Part shown: positions 1 through 15,439 of the stretch, piece after piece
Position numbering within the stretch: the stretch's first letter is position 1
Layout of the letters: every line of letters starts with the position of its first letter
From: the human T2T-CHM13v2.0 reference genome, Homo sapiens
Length of the DNA stretch: 64,000 bases
Assembly: GCF_009914755.1 (NCBI RefSeq)
Contig: NC_060937.1
Strand: one strand, 5' to 3'
The notes under the pieces: model-generated
What the model saw: only the letters and a program-made list of their open reading frames with translations
Database searches by the model: none
What the model was told of the DNA's origin: nothing
Translations under genes and position numbers: made by a program

Positions 1-3000
1 CCTTTAGAGATGTTCTAATTTCCCCTTTAGAGATGTTGTTGGCAATTCCAGTTCCTGAAGAGGAGATTTGTTGCATTGCCAGACAGGGTCAAGCTTCCCC
101 AGAGCAGGTGGTAAAGTATGTGTTGATTGTGGGAAAGCAGCACCAGGCGGATTTTCAAAGCCTGATCTTGTGATCTCATCAGATCATTGTGAGAAGTTTT
201 AATCATTAATGAGCAAAATTCTTAGGAAGAATTCTGATTATTGTCATCTTTCCCTATCTCTGGGAATAGCATCTTTATAGCCCCATATTAAATATAGCTT
301 CAAAGAGAAGCATTGGGAATATGTTTTTTGAAAACCTCATATATCAGTTGGTACAGTTTTATGTGCTTAAACTTTTGCAAGTGTGAATTTCTGCTTTAGT
401 TGATTTTTCAATCTGCTTTATTTGATTTGGATGGTAGAGAAAAGATAACCATTTACTTTACAAAAAGAACAAATATTAACAGCTGCCTTGCTGGACTTTT
501 TTGCATAAGTATAGTTTTTTTTAGAGGGAAAATTTCAAATTTGACAAAATTATTAAATTGATATGATATATTTTCATTATACTAAATTAAATTTCACTGT
601 CACATAGCTAAAATTTTTACTAAAGATGCTGCTCTTTGGATTTGAATAAACCATTCATCTTAAACACAACACTAACACTGTCTTGTAAGCTCCGTATATT
701 ATGTTAGCCTTGGGGCATTAACCTGAGAAAGGGAATTAGTTTGATTTAAAGGGCTTAAGCCAAATCCAATTTTTAGATTTCTCTGTAAACACAGAATCAC
801 CATTGTTTTTTGAAGACTTGCTGTGTTTCTACAGCTATGATTATACCACAATAAAATGACATAAGATAACAAGACAGGGAAAAAATAAATCTCACATATG
901 AAACTGATTTTGGTATTTATTATAGGGTTGTAACTGCACAATCCTCTTGTCAGTTTCAAATCCTATTTCCAGTTTGATTTGACTTTGATACTGTATACCT
1001 AAAAGTGGGGCATGACATCGTAGAAAGACTGTAGAGCTAGAGGCTCTGTTTTTGCACTCTTACTCACTAGAATAGATGCTTAATCTCTTTGAATCACAGG
1101 ACTGTCCCTTGGAGAATGGACATAATGATTTCTGAGGATATGTTAGTGTGATATTCTATTCCAAGAAAGTTATTACACTAGTTATAATAATACCGCCTGG
1201 AGCCCTCACTATTAATATTCAACTGTAAAACAGATGTATTATAATAGTAAAGGTATAAGTAACACAGACCATAGTAGTGTAGCAAAGTGGGTGGAACTTC
1301 TCAGTATCTTTTTCCTGGATACTTTGTTTTGAGTTGATCATGGAGGCTCTGGGTATTTTGTAGAAAACATGGTTTACCAAGAATCCAAATAATAAAATCC
1401 CTGCACGAGAGTAATATGAATTATATGTAATTTATATTACTAAATTATTACTGTATTACAAATAAAGCACTATTTTAAACCTGAGCATAGTGGTATTAGA
1501 GTTCTGCTTTTCTTGAAACTTTCTATAAGGAAACTCCAAGACATTTTCATGATTCTGTTCACCAATTTGAACTTTTTTTTAACAAGCCCAGGCATCAGAT
1601 CCCAAAAGCAAAGGAAAATTCAAAATTCATGCAATTCTGTGGTATAAAAATTAGACCTCGACAAGGGGTAGATTCAGATACCACTGCCATTGTTCCTCCT
1701 GGCATCTATTTGCCAGTGTAAAACATCCCAAGGGGATCTAGGTGGACAGACTTTCTAAAATTAATGACAAGTTACCAATGTGACTGTTCTCTTAAAGAGA
1801 GTTACATGGAATAGGAAGTTTCAGCTATATAGAAAATGAAAGCAGTAAAGAAAGAGAAAAAGAGGAAATCCCACTAGAAGATTAGCCAAGAATTGTTCTA
1901 GTAGGCAGGAATGTCTTTGGGAAATTCAGGATTCTACAGCTGAAGTCAAAGTATTCTGATTATGAGATAAAATGGAGAAAGATGATTCCTTACTTTTGCC
2001 CATTCACTGACAGTATTATTCAGATAAGCCTAAGTTGAATCTTCAAGAGGGTCTACCATTTTGATTTCATACAAGGCTTTCTTGACTAATACAAAGAGTG
2101 CTACCCGTGCATGGAAATAAAGAAATGGAGCTCACATTTGTTAAATGGTTTTTGTCTGTCATCCTTAGACATTGTATATAGGTAATCTCATTTATTCCCC
2201 ACACTGAACTTGTAAAACAAGTAATATTTAATGCATTTAATAATGGTTGAAAAACCAAGATTTAGAAAAATATATAACCATTAAGTAGCAGAATCAAAAT
2301 TGTTCAGGCATAAAATTCCCATTTTTTTCCTGCTTGCCTTGCCACTTCCTGAAGCAGTTAGATTAAACTAAATCTAGGGTTTGGTGGGGCAGGGCAATTA
2401 ACAATCAAGGGATCCAGGAAATGTAGCAGGTCTAGAGAATGTGTGTCCAAGGACAGTCAGCTGGACAAAAGACACCTTACTTCAGCAACACACATTTTAT
2501 TTTTTTTGGAAAATTGTGTAATCCTTTTTCTGTTGGAAAAAATACAAGATTTCTTCCTTTTCTGAGACCAAAGGTGAGCTGTCTACAGGAAAGACAAGAG
2601 AAATAAGCCATTGTCTATACCCAGGACTCAATGCACCATCCACCTTAAGCTAAGAGAGATCTTCACGTTCTCTTGCAGTAGGACTTAGGGCCTCAGCAGG
2701 TGCAGAGAAGTTCCTCCTCCACTCCTATTCAGAGTATAAGAGATGAAGAAGAGCTCCTCATCATCCAAGGACAAGGATGTCTTCATAACATCTCCATCTT
2801 TAGTTGTACCTGGGGTCACCATGTTGGATGACTTCAGTTGAACCACTGACATTGTGGTCTCTGTGAATGGTGGCCTTGGAGCTGGGCAGTATGCAGCCTG
2901 CATTGCCAAAATTGGTGACCTGGAAGGACTCAAGGGCTAAGACTTATACCTGTATTTGAGGACTAAGCCATTTGACTTTCTGACAGAGAACACCCTCACA

Positions 3001-3130
3001 TATTCAATGTACCAGGGCACAAATGAAAAATGTTATGTAGATAGGCAAATAGAAACTACCACAAAGATACAGCTTCCAGTCACTGTTGGTAGGTTTTCTT
3101 GTCCTTTGTCTTGTATCACTCCAATCCTTC

Positions 3131-3532
3131 TGTAGTGTGATGGGTCCCCCACCAGGTTACTTAAGGGTGCATGTCCACTCCTTGAACTCTGAAGGCCTGG
3201 GCAGTGGGCCAAAGACATGGGGCTCAGTCAAACAACAGGTGTCCCTGAGAACCCAAACGTCCTGGGGTATAACTGGAAACATACCAAGGAAAACAGTCTC
3301 ATCGCACATACACAGTCATCAAAGAGTCAGAAAATTAACTTAAAACAGTTTAGAGATGGGAGGCGGGGCAGATCTCCAAAGCCATCCTGCTGCCACCCAA
3401 GAATGTCCTGTATGTAAGTCCTGATAGACTCATTTACTCTCCAGGCTGGACTTGTATGAGTTGTCCTTTTGTCTCTCCAGGCCCCTTCCCAGTTTGGAGC
3501 GGGTATTAAAGTCCCAGGATTTTCTTATAATA
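3131..3532 (+). repeat. 5' LTR of the provirus (ERVL-type; exact family not assigned)
   Basis: Starts TGTAG, aligns along its length with 7754-8152 (roughly 20% mismatch by eye), followed by the PBS. Confidence 0.9.
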
Positions 3533-3534
3533 GT

Positions 3535-3552
3535 TGGCATCGTGAACAGGAC
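3535..3552 (+). promoter_or_regulatory. Primer-binding site, tRNA-Ser-like
   Basis: TGGCATCGTGAACAGGAC lies 2 nt after the LTR and resembles the complement of the tRNA-Ser(CGA) 3' end (TGGCGTCACGAACAGGAT, recalled). Confidence 0.65.
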
Positions 3553-3609
3553 CCCAGAGATCAAACGATGAGTCAGGGAGGAGTATCTGCAGAGGGAACC
3601 CTGAGGTGA

Positions 3610-5885
<2,276 letters not shown>

Positions 5886-5920
5886 ATAATGTGGGGAAAA
5901 CATTGGTGGACCTCAGTGAG

Positions 5921-6760
5921 CTGGCAGAAACCTTCCACCCATTACACACCCTAATAAGGAAAGGTGAAAAATGGGACCAGACACAAACAGAGCAATAGCT
6001 ATTGGCTGTATATAGGGCATTACAACAAACGGAGGACATCACGTGTCTCACTGCTCTCAGCATCATGTATGGCATGCCAAGATGAATAGACAGTGATCAG
6101 GGCTCCCGTTTCACAGGCTATGGTACTCAACCTGGGCATCAGGAAAAACCATAGACTGGAGGTTCCAGTTACCATATAACCCAACAGGGGCAGGCCTCAT
6201 TTAAAAAAAAAAAATGGCCTGTTAAAAACCCAATTATGTGCACTGTCCCAGGATGGCTCTTTAAGATATTGGACTAAGAATCTCCCTGAAGCCATACAAA
6301 CTTTAAATAAGCCCCCTGTACCACACATGACATCACTTCCTGTAAATGATTGGCAAAGCCTATAAAACAGGCCCTACAAACTCTCAGGGTTACATCTGAG
6401 ACACTGAGCCATGCTCCTGAAGCAGATGGCCAGACCTTGCTCCTGAGAGCACCAGTGGGTCTGCCAAGCAACAATGGCTATGTGGACCTGAAGTTGAGCT
6501 TGAAAATACCTCCACGTTGGATTGGTTTTATGGCACTGGAGTGTACCATGAAGACTGCTGGAGGGGATATGGTCCCAGCTGTGCTCCTTGATGGAAATCC
6601 AAAAGACTTATTATATCAACATGTGGCAGCACCAATACCTGCTGGAGCCATCATAGTGTGGGTACATAGACAGGGCCAGAAAATTACCAATTGGCTACTA
6701 TGCCCCCTTCCAGGGAGGAAAGCCATGTGTGGTACTGTAAGTGAGACCTGAAGCCCATAG
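5921..6760 (+). pseudogene. Deleted pol remnant (RT end, connection, integrase core, possible dUTPase-like tail)
   Basis: Translates as LAETFHPLHTLIRKGEKW, EQ*LLAVYRALQQTE, YGMPR*IDSDQGSRFTG and WRFQLPYNPTGAGLI, with stops and frameshifts. Confidence 0.8.
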
Positions 6761-6859
6761 CAGCCTTCCTAATAGGACCAACGGGAGAAAACACAGGGGT
6801 AATAGTGTTACGAAAAATGGATACACCCACAAGGGTCCCTGCTATATACCTGTGTTTAT

Positions 6860-7165
6860 GCCCATAGGCTGTTATTCCTGCTATCCATGGCAGCTGGTAA
6901 TATCTTCCTAGATTGGGCTGTGAGTATAGCTGCAGTTAGCAACCAGTATGACTGCTGGGTATATGAATACCTACCCCTGTCAAATGGTAATAATATGCTT
7001 TGGAATATTCTGCTTTTCTCTCGACAACACAGAGTGACTGGTTTAACAGTACCAATACGGCAACCCAGGCTCACTGGGGGTGGCCTCCACCCAGAGGCCC
7101 GATCGCCAATACTACGGAGACGCAACAACATGTGCCCTTATAGCCACTACCTGTTGTGCCTATTG
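6860..7165 (+). pseudogene. env SU N-terminal remnant
   Basis: Hydrophobic leader then NIFLDWA...NQYDCWVYEYLPLS...W, a degenerate CWxC..LP motif of retroviral SU. Confidence 0.7.
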
Positions 7166-7438
7166 GAGGATTTCTTGAGCACAGGAGTTCAAGACCAGCC
7201 TGGATAACATAATGAGATCCCATCTCTACAAAAATAAAATAAAATAAAAATTAGCTGGGTGATGTGCACCTTTAGTCCCAGCTGCTCAGGAGGCTGAGTT
7301 GGAAGATCATTTCAGCCCAGGAGTTCGAGGCTACAGAGAGCTATGCTCATGCCACTGTATTTCAGCCTGGGTACGGAGTGAGAGGCACTGTCTCTAAAAA
7401 GTAAAAGGAGAAGAAACGAAAAAGAGCAAAAAAGAAAG
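7165..7438 (+). mobile_element. AluJ lacking the first ~45 nt, inside env
   Basis: J-type diagnostics (GAGGCTACAG, CAGCCCAGGAGTTCGAG), degenerate A tail, no TSD seen. Confidence 0.88.
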
Positions 7439-7439
7439 T

Positions 7440-7680
7440 AATGTCACAGATGCTTTAAATCATTTGTCAATTCAGATCCATAATACAACCTAATTAGGTT
7501 TCTTTGACTCATTCTCAAATTGGTTATATACCTTATCTACTCATTGGAGTTATGTTTTGCTAATAGGCATCATAATTTCAGCTTGCTTCTGCTTTTCATT
7601 CTACTGTGTATACAGTAGATGTGGTCTAATGCACAAGCCATGGCTATGCATTATAGGCCCATATAGTTCTTACCCTCGTA
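7440..7680 (+). pseudogene. env TM C-terminal remnant with membrane anchor
   Basis: NVTDALNHLSIQI...*...FSNWLYTLSTHWSYVLLIGIIISACFCFSFYC just upstream of the 3' LTR. Confidence 0.75.
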
Positions 7681-7753
7681 TCCCACTAGGAGACTCATAC
7701 ACAAGATTGGTAGAAAGAACGTAAGAGCTGGGAGATAGGATAGATTGATGGAT

Positions 7754-8152
7754 TGTAGTATGACGGGTTCCCCACCAGGATACTTAAGTGCGTATGTCCG
7801 CTGTTTGAACCCTGAAGGCTTGGCATTGGGCCAAGGCCATGGTGCCCAGCTGAGGAGCAGGTGTCCCTGAGAACCCAAACATCCTGAGGCATAGCTGGGA
7901 ACATATTAAGGAAAACAGTCTCACTGCTCTCATACACAGTAGGCAAAGAGCCAGAAAATTAACTTTAAAGCAGCTTAGAGATGGGAGACAGGGCAGATCT
8001 CTGGAGTTGTCCTGCTGCCACCCTGCCTATAAGTCCTAATAAACTCATCTAATTACCAAGTTGGACTTGTCCAAGTCATTCTTTCATCTCTTGGCTTCTT
8101 CCCAGTTTGGACGGGGTGGGCGACATTACAGTCCCAGGCTTTTCTCATAATA
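7754..8152 (+). repeat. 3' LTR of the provirus
   Basis: Starts TGTAG after a purine-rich tract, contains AATAAA (8038-8043), followed by TSD CCTTC. Confidence 0.9.
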
Positions 8153-8919
8153 CCTTCAAAAGGAGCTACTCAATCTTCATCACTCTCCTAAGAATCCACA
8201 TGTTGCCACAAGGTTGACTTTGTCTTCTCAACAGAGAAAAAATAAGTGAGCAAGTATGAGCTCTTACAGCTTCCGAGTATCCCATTTTTTGGTCACCTAA
8301 AAGGTCTTCAATGCTGGGGAGGTCTTATCATTTCCAAAGCTAAATCTTGCACCTGGCTCTTAACCCAATTTTTCACTTCTCCCACTCTCAGAGCTCATTT
8401 ATTAATATGCCATTTCTCCCCTCATTTAGGCCCTGATCAATTTCCATGTAAATATGCCATGGCCTACAACATAAACTCTCAACTGCCAGATTTTCTCTTT
8501 TCCTGTTTACATTCCTGCCCTGCATTATAATTATCTTTCTAAAATAATTGTTTAAATTTTCGTATCAACTCTTCAAAGCCTAGTGTTTGATTCAAGACCC
8601 TTTACAAATTATTAACATCATTTTAGCCTTTCCTCCCATCATGTTTTATTATTATCTTGACACTATGGCCATACTTTTGCACAGAGGCATGAAACAGCAG
8701 AACATCAGCAGAAAGTGGCATAGTTTGTCTTGAGGGTAGGTACTGTGTTTTTTTCAAATTTTTCTTTCAAATTTCTAGTGCTATCACATCCTTGAGTAGA
8801 TTATAGACAATCAAGAAATATTAATTAAATTAGTTTCACACCATTCTCCAAACATAGCTCCCTACTTCCAGTTTTCTTTCTCTCTCTGCCATCAGGACCT
8901 ATTTCTAAGACTATTCCTG

Positions 8920-9490
8920 TCACTTCCTATTTATAAACCTTCAATGGGGCTTCATCACATATGTAATAACCAGAAACCTTTCCATCCTGGTATCCGAGGT
9001 AGCCATGATTTTTCCTTTCTCTGTGTATCCAGTCCTTTACTCGTATTTCATCAGCCCTGTCCCTCCTGATAGCACACATTATGAATTATACTCTAGTGGC
9101 TTCCTGAGCACTTTAAACTTTTCATTTCTGCCTTTATATAAACTATGATCCCATCTCAGATTGCCATTTTCATCCATCTCCACCTGTTGTAGTCCTAATC
9201 CTCCTGAAAGGCCCAGTTCAAATCCCACTTCATCTAAGAAGCTGACCCAGATTTCCCTATGCAGAACTAAACTCCCTCAATCCACGCTGGCTGTCACAGC
9301 CTTTTATCTGTAACATTTTTACTGCAATGAGCAATTTGTATTTTGACTTAGAATTAATTTATGCCTGTCTCTCACACTAAAATGTAAATTACTTGTTTGC
9401 ATAAACCATATCTTATTTATATATACCTCAAAGCACCAAATACAACACTATGAGCATAACAGTTTCTCAACGAGTATTTGTTGGTTTGAA
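8920..9490 (+). mobile_element. L2 3' remnant
   Basis: AAACCTTCAATGG, AAGGCCCAGTTCAAATCCCACTTC and a terminal TATTTGTTGG..GAAT motif. Confidence 0.65.
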
Positions 9491-9684
9491 TCAAAGAGAA
9501 ATATTAAACTTATTATCAAAGCAGCATTGTTGGTGAGAAGAAAATCATGTATGTGTTTTATTGCCTTAATAAATTTGTGGGATTCTCCAAAGCATGAGTT
9601 TAATGATACAGCACCAAAATAAAAACAGGTAACCTTAATTTTATGATAGTTTATAAAAATCAAGTCACAAAAATTTGAATTTGA

Positions 9685-9986
9685 GGCCAGGTATGGTGGC
9701 TCATGCCTGTAATCCCAGTGCTTTGGGAGGCCAAGGCAGGAGGATCACTTGAGTGCAGGAGTCCAAGAGCAGCCTGGACAACAGAGTTAGATCCCATGTC
9801 TAAAAAAATTTTTAAATTATCCGGGCATGGAGCCAAATGCCTGCAGTCTCAGCTGCTTGGGAGGCTGAATTGGAAGGATCACTTCAGCCCAGGAGTTTGA
9901 GGCTGCAGTGAGCCACCATCGTGCTGTGCCACTGTACTCCATCCTGGGTGACAGAACGAGACCCTGTCTCTTAAAAATAACAACAA
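9685..9986 (+). mobile_element. AluJ
   Basis: Diverged full dimer, degenerate TSD AA(T/C)TTGAAT(T/C)TG. Confidence 0.93.
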
Positions 9987-10380
9987 CTTGAATCTGCTTG
10001 AATTTGAATGACTCAAAGGGCACTTTATTTCATTAGTATGAATAAAAGCATCAGAGATTCATTATCTATTTGCAATATGATTCTTACCACTTTCATTGGT
10101 TAGTGATCACAACCCAGTATATTCTGTTACCCACATTAGAAAATGGGTTGACATGACTTCTTCAAACACAAATTTTACACAATACAAAGGAAAAAACAGT
10201 GTTTAACAGGCATGCATGTCCATTTTTAGAACTTACTCTTTCTTTCACTCATCTAGTTGTTCATTCAAAAGTAATACTATTAAGGATAAATGAAAATATT
10301 CTTGCACCATTCTGTCCATTTTCATGTCCTCAGCTACAAATCATTCTTTTGACTTTACTGAAGTATATAAGACTCTGTCA

Positions 10381-10676
10381 GCTGGCCATGGTGGCTCATG
10401 CCTGTAATCCCAGCACTTTTGGAGGCCGAGGTGGGCAGATCACGAGGTCAGGAGTTCGAGACCAGCCTGACCAACATAGTGAAACCCAGTCTCTACTAAA
10501 AATACAAAAATTAGTTGTGCATGGTGGCACGCACTTGTAATCCCAGCTACTCAGGATGCTGAGGCAAGAGATGAACTCAGGAGGCGGAGGTTGCAGTGAG
10601 CCAAGATCGCATCACTGCACTCCAGCCTGGGAGACAGAGCAAGACACCGTCTCAAAAACACAAAACAAAACAAAAA
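10381..10676 (+). mobile_element. AluS (Sg-like)
   Basis: Full dimer, (CAAAA)n tail, TSD core CTCTGTC. Confidence 0.95.
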
Positions 10677-10689
10677 CCTCTGTCTTATC

Positions 10690-11075
10690 AGATAGGAGAG
10701 GGATTCTCCTGTTCTTTGAAGAATTTATCTGCCATGTTGTGAGTGAACCATGTGGCTAAGACCTGAGTGTGGCCTCCAGGAGCTGAGGGTGTTCCTCTGC
10801 TAGCAACCAGTAAGAAAGCAGGGACCTCAGACCTATCACCATAAGGAGGTAACTTCTGCCAACAACACCAACAACACGTATGTGCGTAGAAGAGGACCCT
10901 GAGCTCCAAAGGAGAACATGGTCTGGCTGGCACCTTCATTTCAGCCTGAGGAGACCCTGAGTGAGAACCAACTATACTGTGCCCGTTTGACTTACAGAAA
11001 CAATGCAGTAACAAATGTGTGCTGTTTCCAGCTGCCAGTTTATGATGATCAGTTACACAGCATAGAAAACTAACA
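10690..11075 (+). mobile_element. MaLR LTR (MLT1E-like), 3' part
   Basis: TGCCATGTTGTGAG, TTTCAGCCTGAGGAGACCCTGAG and terminal CATAGAAAACTAACA. Confidence 0.8.
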
Positions 11076-11119
11076 CGGGGGCCAGGAAACCAATACTTAC
11101 CAGTTTAGTCAGGCAACTG

Positions 11120-11350
11120 TGATGAGTTAGGTACTGTGTTAGACACTGAACCCATAGTATCTTATTTAATCATCACAACAGCTCTCTGAAGTAGATTGGA
11201 GTGTCCCCAATATGTGGAGTATGTAAATAGGTATTTCTCATTTTATAAATGAGAAAACTGAGATGAGAAAGGCCAAGTGATGCAAAAGTGACACATAGGA
11301 AGCAATTAGGCTGAGTAAAATATATTTTCTCTATGTCAAATCTAATGTTA
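11120..11350 (-). mobile_element. MIR
   Basis: Core CATTTTATAAATGAGAAAACTGAG. Confidence 0.7.
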
Positions 11351-11419
11351 TTTCTGATGTACTACAGTCACATGAAAATGCAACAAGTCAGCAATGTAAA
11401 GTAGCACCAGATGAATCAA

Positions 11420-11730
11420 CCAATTAGCGTTAGAGGAAGTAGTGGGAAGAGAAGTGAGGTACCACATCAGGCTGGGATGTCTGGGAAATCTGATGGAAGA
11501 AGTGAGGTTTCAAATGAGCCTTAAAGCTGGATATAATTTTCCAAAGGGAAAGAGAGGATGAATACAGTAGTTCAGTCAGGGGAAATGGCAGGTGTCGAGC
11601 GCTAGTTTACAATGTAAACGTGTTTAGAGAATAGCATTAGCAATTGCAATGGCAAGCACTGGGACATGGGCAAGAAAAGTTAGATTTAGCGAAGTACATG
11701 GCATTGTCATGAAAGTATTTTGGCCCTTGA
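11420..11730 (-). mobile_element. L2 remnant
   Basis: GGAAGAAGTGAGGTTTCAAATGAGCCTTAAAG-type motif. Confidence 0.45.
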
Positions 11731-11944
11731 AATACTTCGAGGGGGGTATAGGGTGAAAATAATCTTTTCATACACTGTATATTAATATAATAAGGTCAGA
11801 GAAATGGTATTATCTTAGTAGCTAATACCTTACATTTACTTGTTAGAAATGAATAAAATATATGTTTTGGGGAAAATATTCAGGTAAACAGTTGGTGAAA
11901 TGTATGGGTCCTAAGTGGCTGCTATCAGCTGATACCAAGTATTA

Positions 11945-12732
<788 letters not shown>

Positions 12733-13290
12733 ACAGGGACCAGCAGGATGAATGAAGGAAATAACAGTTCAAGTGACTGAAATGAATCCCTATATTTAAT
12801 GCCTCATCATACCCAAAGCCCACTGAGATGACAAGAATGCAAAAAGGACCGAGATGTTAGCATATTTTTCAATTACAGAAAGTGGATTGGTTGTGGAATG
12901 TACAGATTAACAATGGAGAGCACATAACCCTCAGTCTGGCACACCAGTGGAGGCTAAAGAAACTGAAAGGTGTTCTGCCCAGGGTGCAGGGACTCCATGT
13001 CAAGAGTTGGCAGGTATGGAAAGCAAGAGGGTTGGGACAGAAACCAGGGTAATTAATTAAGTGACTATTTTTAGGACTAACTTCAAGGGTTACATGAGCT
13101 CCCTCCCCTCCAAAAACAAATCATTAGGAAAATCTCAAGACAATTAAAAACTTTCTGAAGTATGGGTAGAATTAGGGCTCAGCCATCAACCTAAAGTGAA
13201 GGCTTTAGTTGCCCTGTCCTATCCACTCATCCTTTTCATTCAGAAATGTGGCATATGAGGGCAGGGAACTCATATGAGCTACATAATTAA

Positions 13291-13614
<324 letters not shown>

Positions 13615-13629
13615 TATTCATTTTTACAT

Positions 13630-14975
13630 ATAGAAAACCAACAATCACCAGACATTAGAGAAAAATTAATAGCCTCAAAACGAACAAAGGACTCAAAGAA
13701 CAATTAACTCTACAAATAACTAAAAGATAAGAGATTTTAATAAACGCTTGTAATAAATTTAGTGAGATCCAAGAGTGTATTAGATCTCTAAAATAAAAGA
13801 GGTTGCTGCAGAAAAAGGTTTCAGGAAAATAATAGTGTTTTTAGAAATTAAGAAAGAAACACTGGACCTCTGTTCCTGCTTAGGATATTGAAAGCTACTG
13901 GAAAGTAGCGGTCTCACCCTAACGACAAGAACAAAATCTTTTCTTTTCCTGGTCTATCAGAGAGCTGAGATCACAAGGCAATTTGTGAACTGAAATCCCA
14001 ACGGTGTCAAGCCTTTCCAAGGAGAGATGGACACACAAACTCTTTCCTTTTGCCCAGAACAGAGACACAAAGAGTTGACCACCATAGAAGCAGGTGAGAA
14101 AAAAACAATCACAATGTTAGCAAGTGCTTTGAGGCAGAAGCCCTCTGACCCTGGGGAGGATCAGGAAACCCACCCCTGCTGACTATGCTCTGTTGTAAGA
14201 GGGGAGGTTGTAGCTACTGGGGAGGGGCAGGAATGCTAAAGGAACACAGCCCTGAGGATCAGCTCGGCTCCTAGAACCTGCCTAAGGCAAAGGCAGGAGC
14301 AGGAAATTGAGAATGCCTCCTACCAAGCCCTAGCAGCCTGGAGGAAGCAGCAATGCAGAGAGAGAACCTCTCTGTAGTGCAGGTTGGTAAACCTGCAGAA
14401 AGCTGCCACTGGAGTGGGAACACTAAGAGAAACCTCTGGCAATTAAGACCTGATGCTAAGCATAAGGTAGCAACAGAAGGAATTTGAAATCTGTGTTATC
14501 CTGTAGGTTTCTTCAAAATGTAGAGCAAAAATACAAAAGAGAACATACGAGCAAAAAGTTAAGAGACATGGAGAATCAGTTCACAAGTTTCAATCTCTAT
14601 CAAATAAGAATTCTTGAAAAAAAGAGAATGGAGGCGTAATTAAAGAAATAATAGAAGATGATTTCCCAGAGCAGAAGACAGTCACAGAACTTTATAGACA
14701 GGGCCCTTTCAATGCCCAGAAAGGAAAGTGAACCAAGAGCCCAACCTACACAGAACTTTGTAAAATATTAGAATACTAAGGACAAAGGAAAGACCCTGAA
14801 AATTTCCAGAGAGAAAATGAGGCCACCCACAAGGGAACAAGAATCAGATGGGCTTTAGAATTTAATCAGCAATATTGAATGTCAGACAACAGTGAAGCAA
14901 GATTTGAGCATGTTGAAAATTAGTCTGAACTACTAATTCTTGTCAATCAAACCAATCAAGTGTGACTTGAAAGAA
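13630..14975 (+). mobile_element. Ancient L1M/HAL1-like 5' UTR and ORF1 remnants
   Basis: Degenerate ORF1-like motifs (IKEIIEDDFPE, KGTRIR) at 14520-14970; L1M 5' UTR-like block at 13860-14510. Confidence 0.55.
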
Positions 14976-15244
14976 AACCAACAAGACAGTCTCAAATATG
15001 GCCAACCTGAGTTTATGGCCTGCCAGGTTTTCACTATAAATGAGTGCCGTATACATTAGCAGGGTGCTGCCAAATCAAGAATCACATAGTTCTAGTTCTG
15101 CCCACTAGAAGGTGTTGCTCTGTCAGTTGTCCTCTATGGCCCCCTCTGCAGTGGGTATGGGTTCTGTGCCCTTCATAGGACCCTCAGCTTTGAAAATTCA
15201 CTTCCTCCTCATGAAAGTTTAGGGACCTTGGTGTTGTTTTAGAT

Positions 15245-15433
15245 GAGGGTTTCTCAACCTGGGCTGCATATTTTTGGACTGCATAATTCTTTGTTATGTG
15301 GGGCTGTCCTATACATTGTAGGGTATTCAGCAGCATCCCTGACCTCTGCTCCCCAAAAGCTAGTAGCAATCCCCCAGTTGTAACTTTCAAATGTCTCGTG
15401 GAAGGCAAAATCATCTCTGGTTTAGAACCACTG
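15245..15433 (-). mobile_element. MER20 (hAT-Charlie MITE)
   Basis: Termini GAGGGTTTCTCAACC and GGTTTAGAACCACTG; 8-bp TSD TTTTAGAT/TTTTAGGG. Confidence 0.85.
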
Positions 15434-15439
15434 TTTTAG

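Noticed and set aside
6350-7207. 133-aa and 106-aa ORFs as domesticated retroviral genes
   Set aside because: They are short fragments of a decayed pol/env with surrounding stops; the env ORF ends inside an Alu
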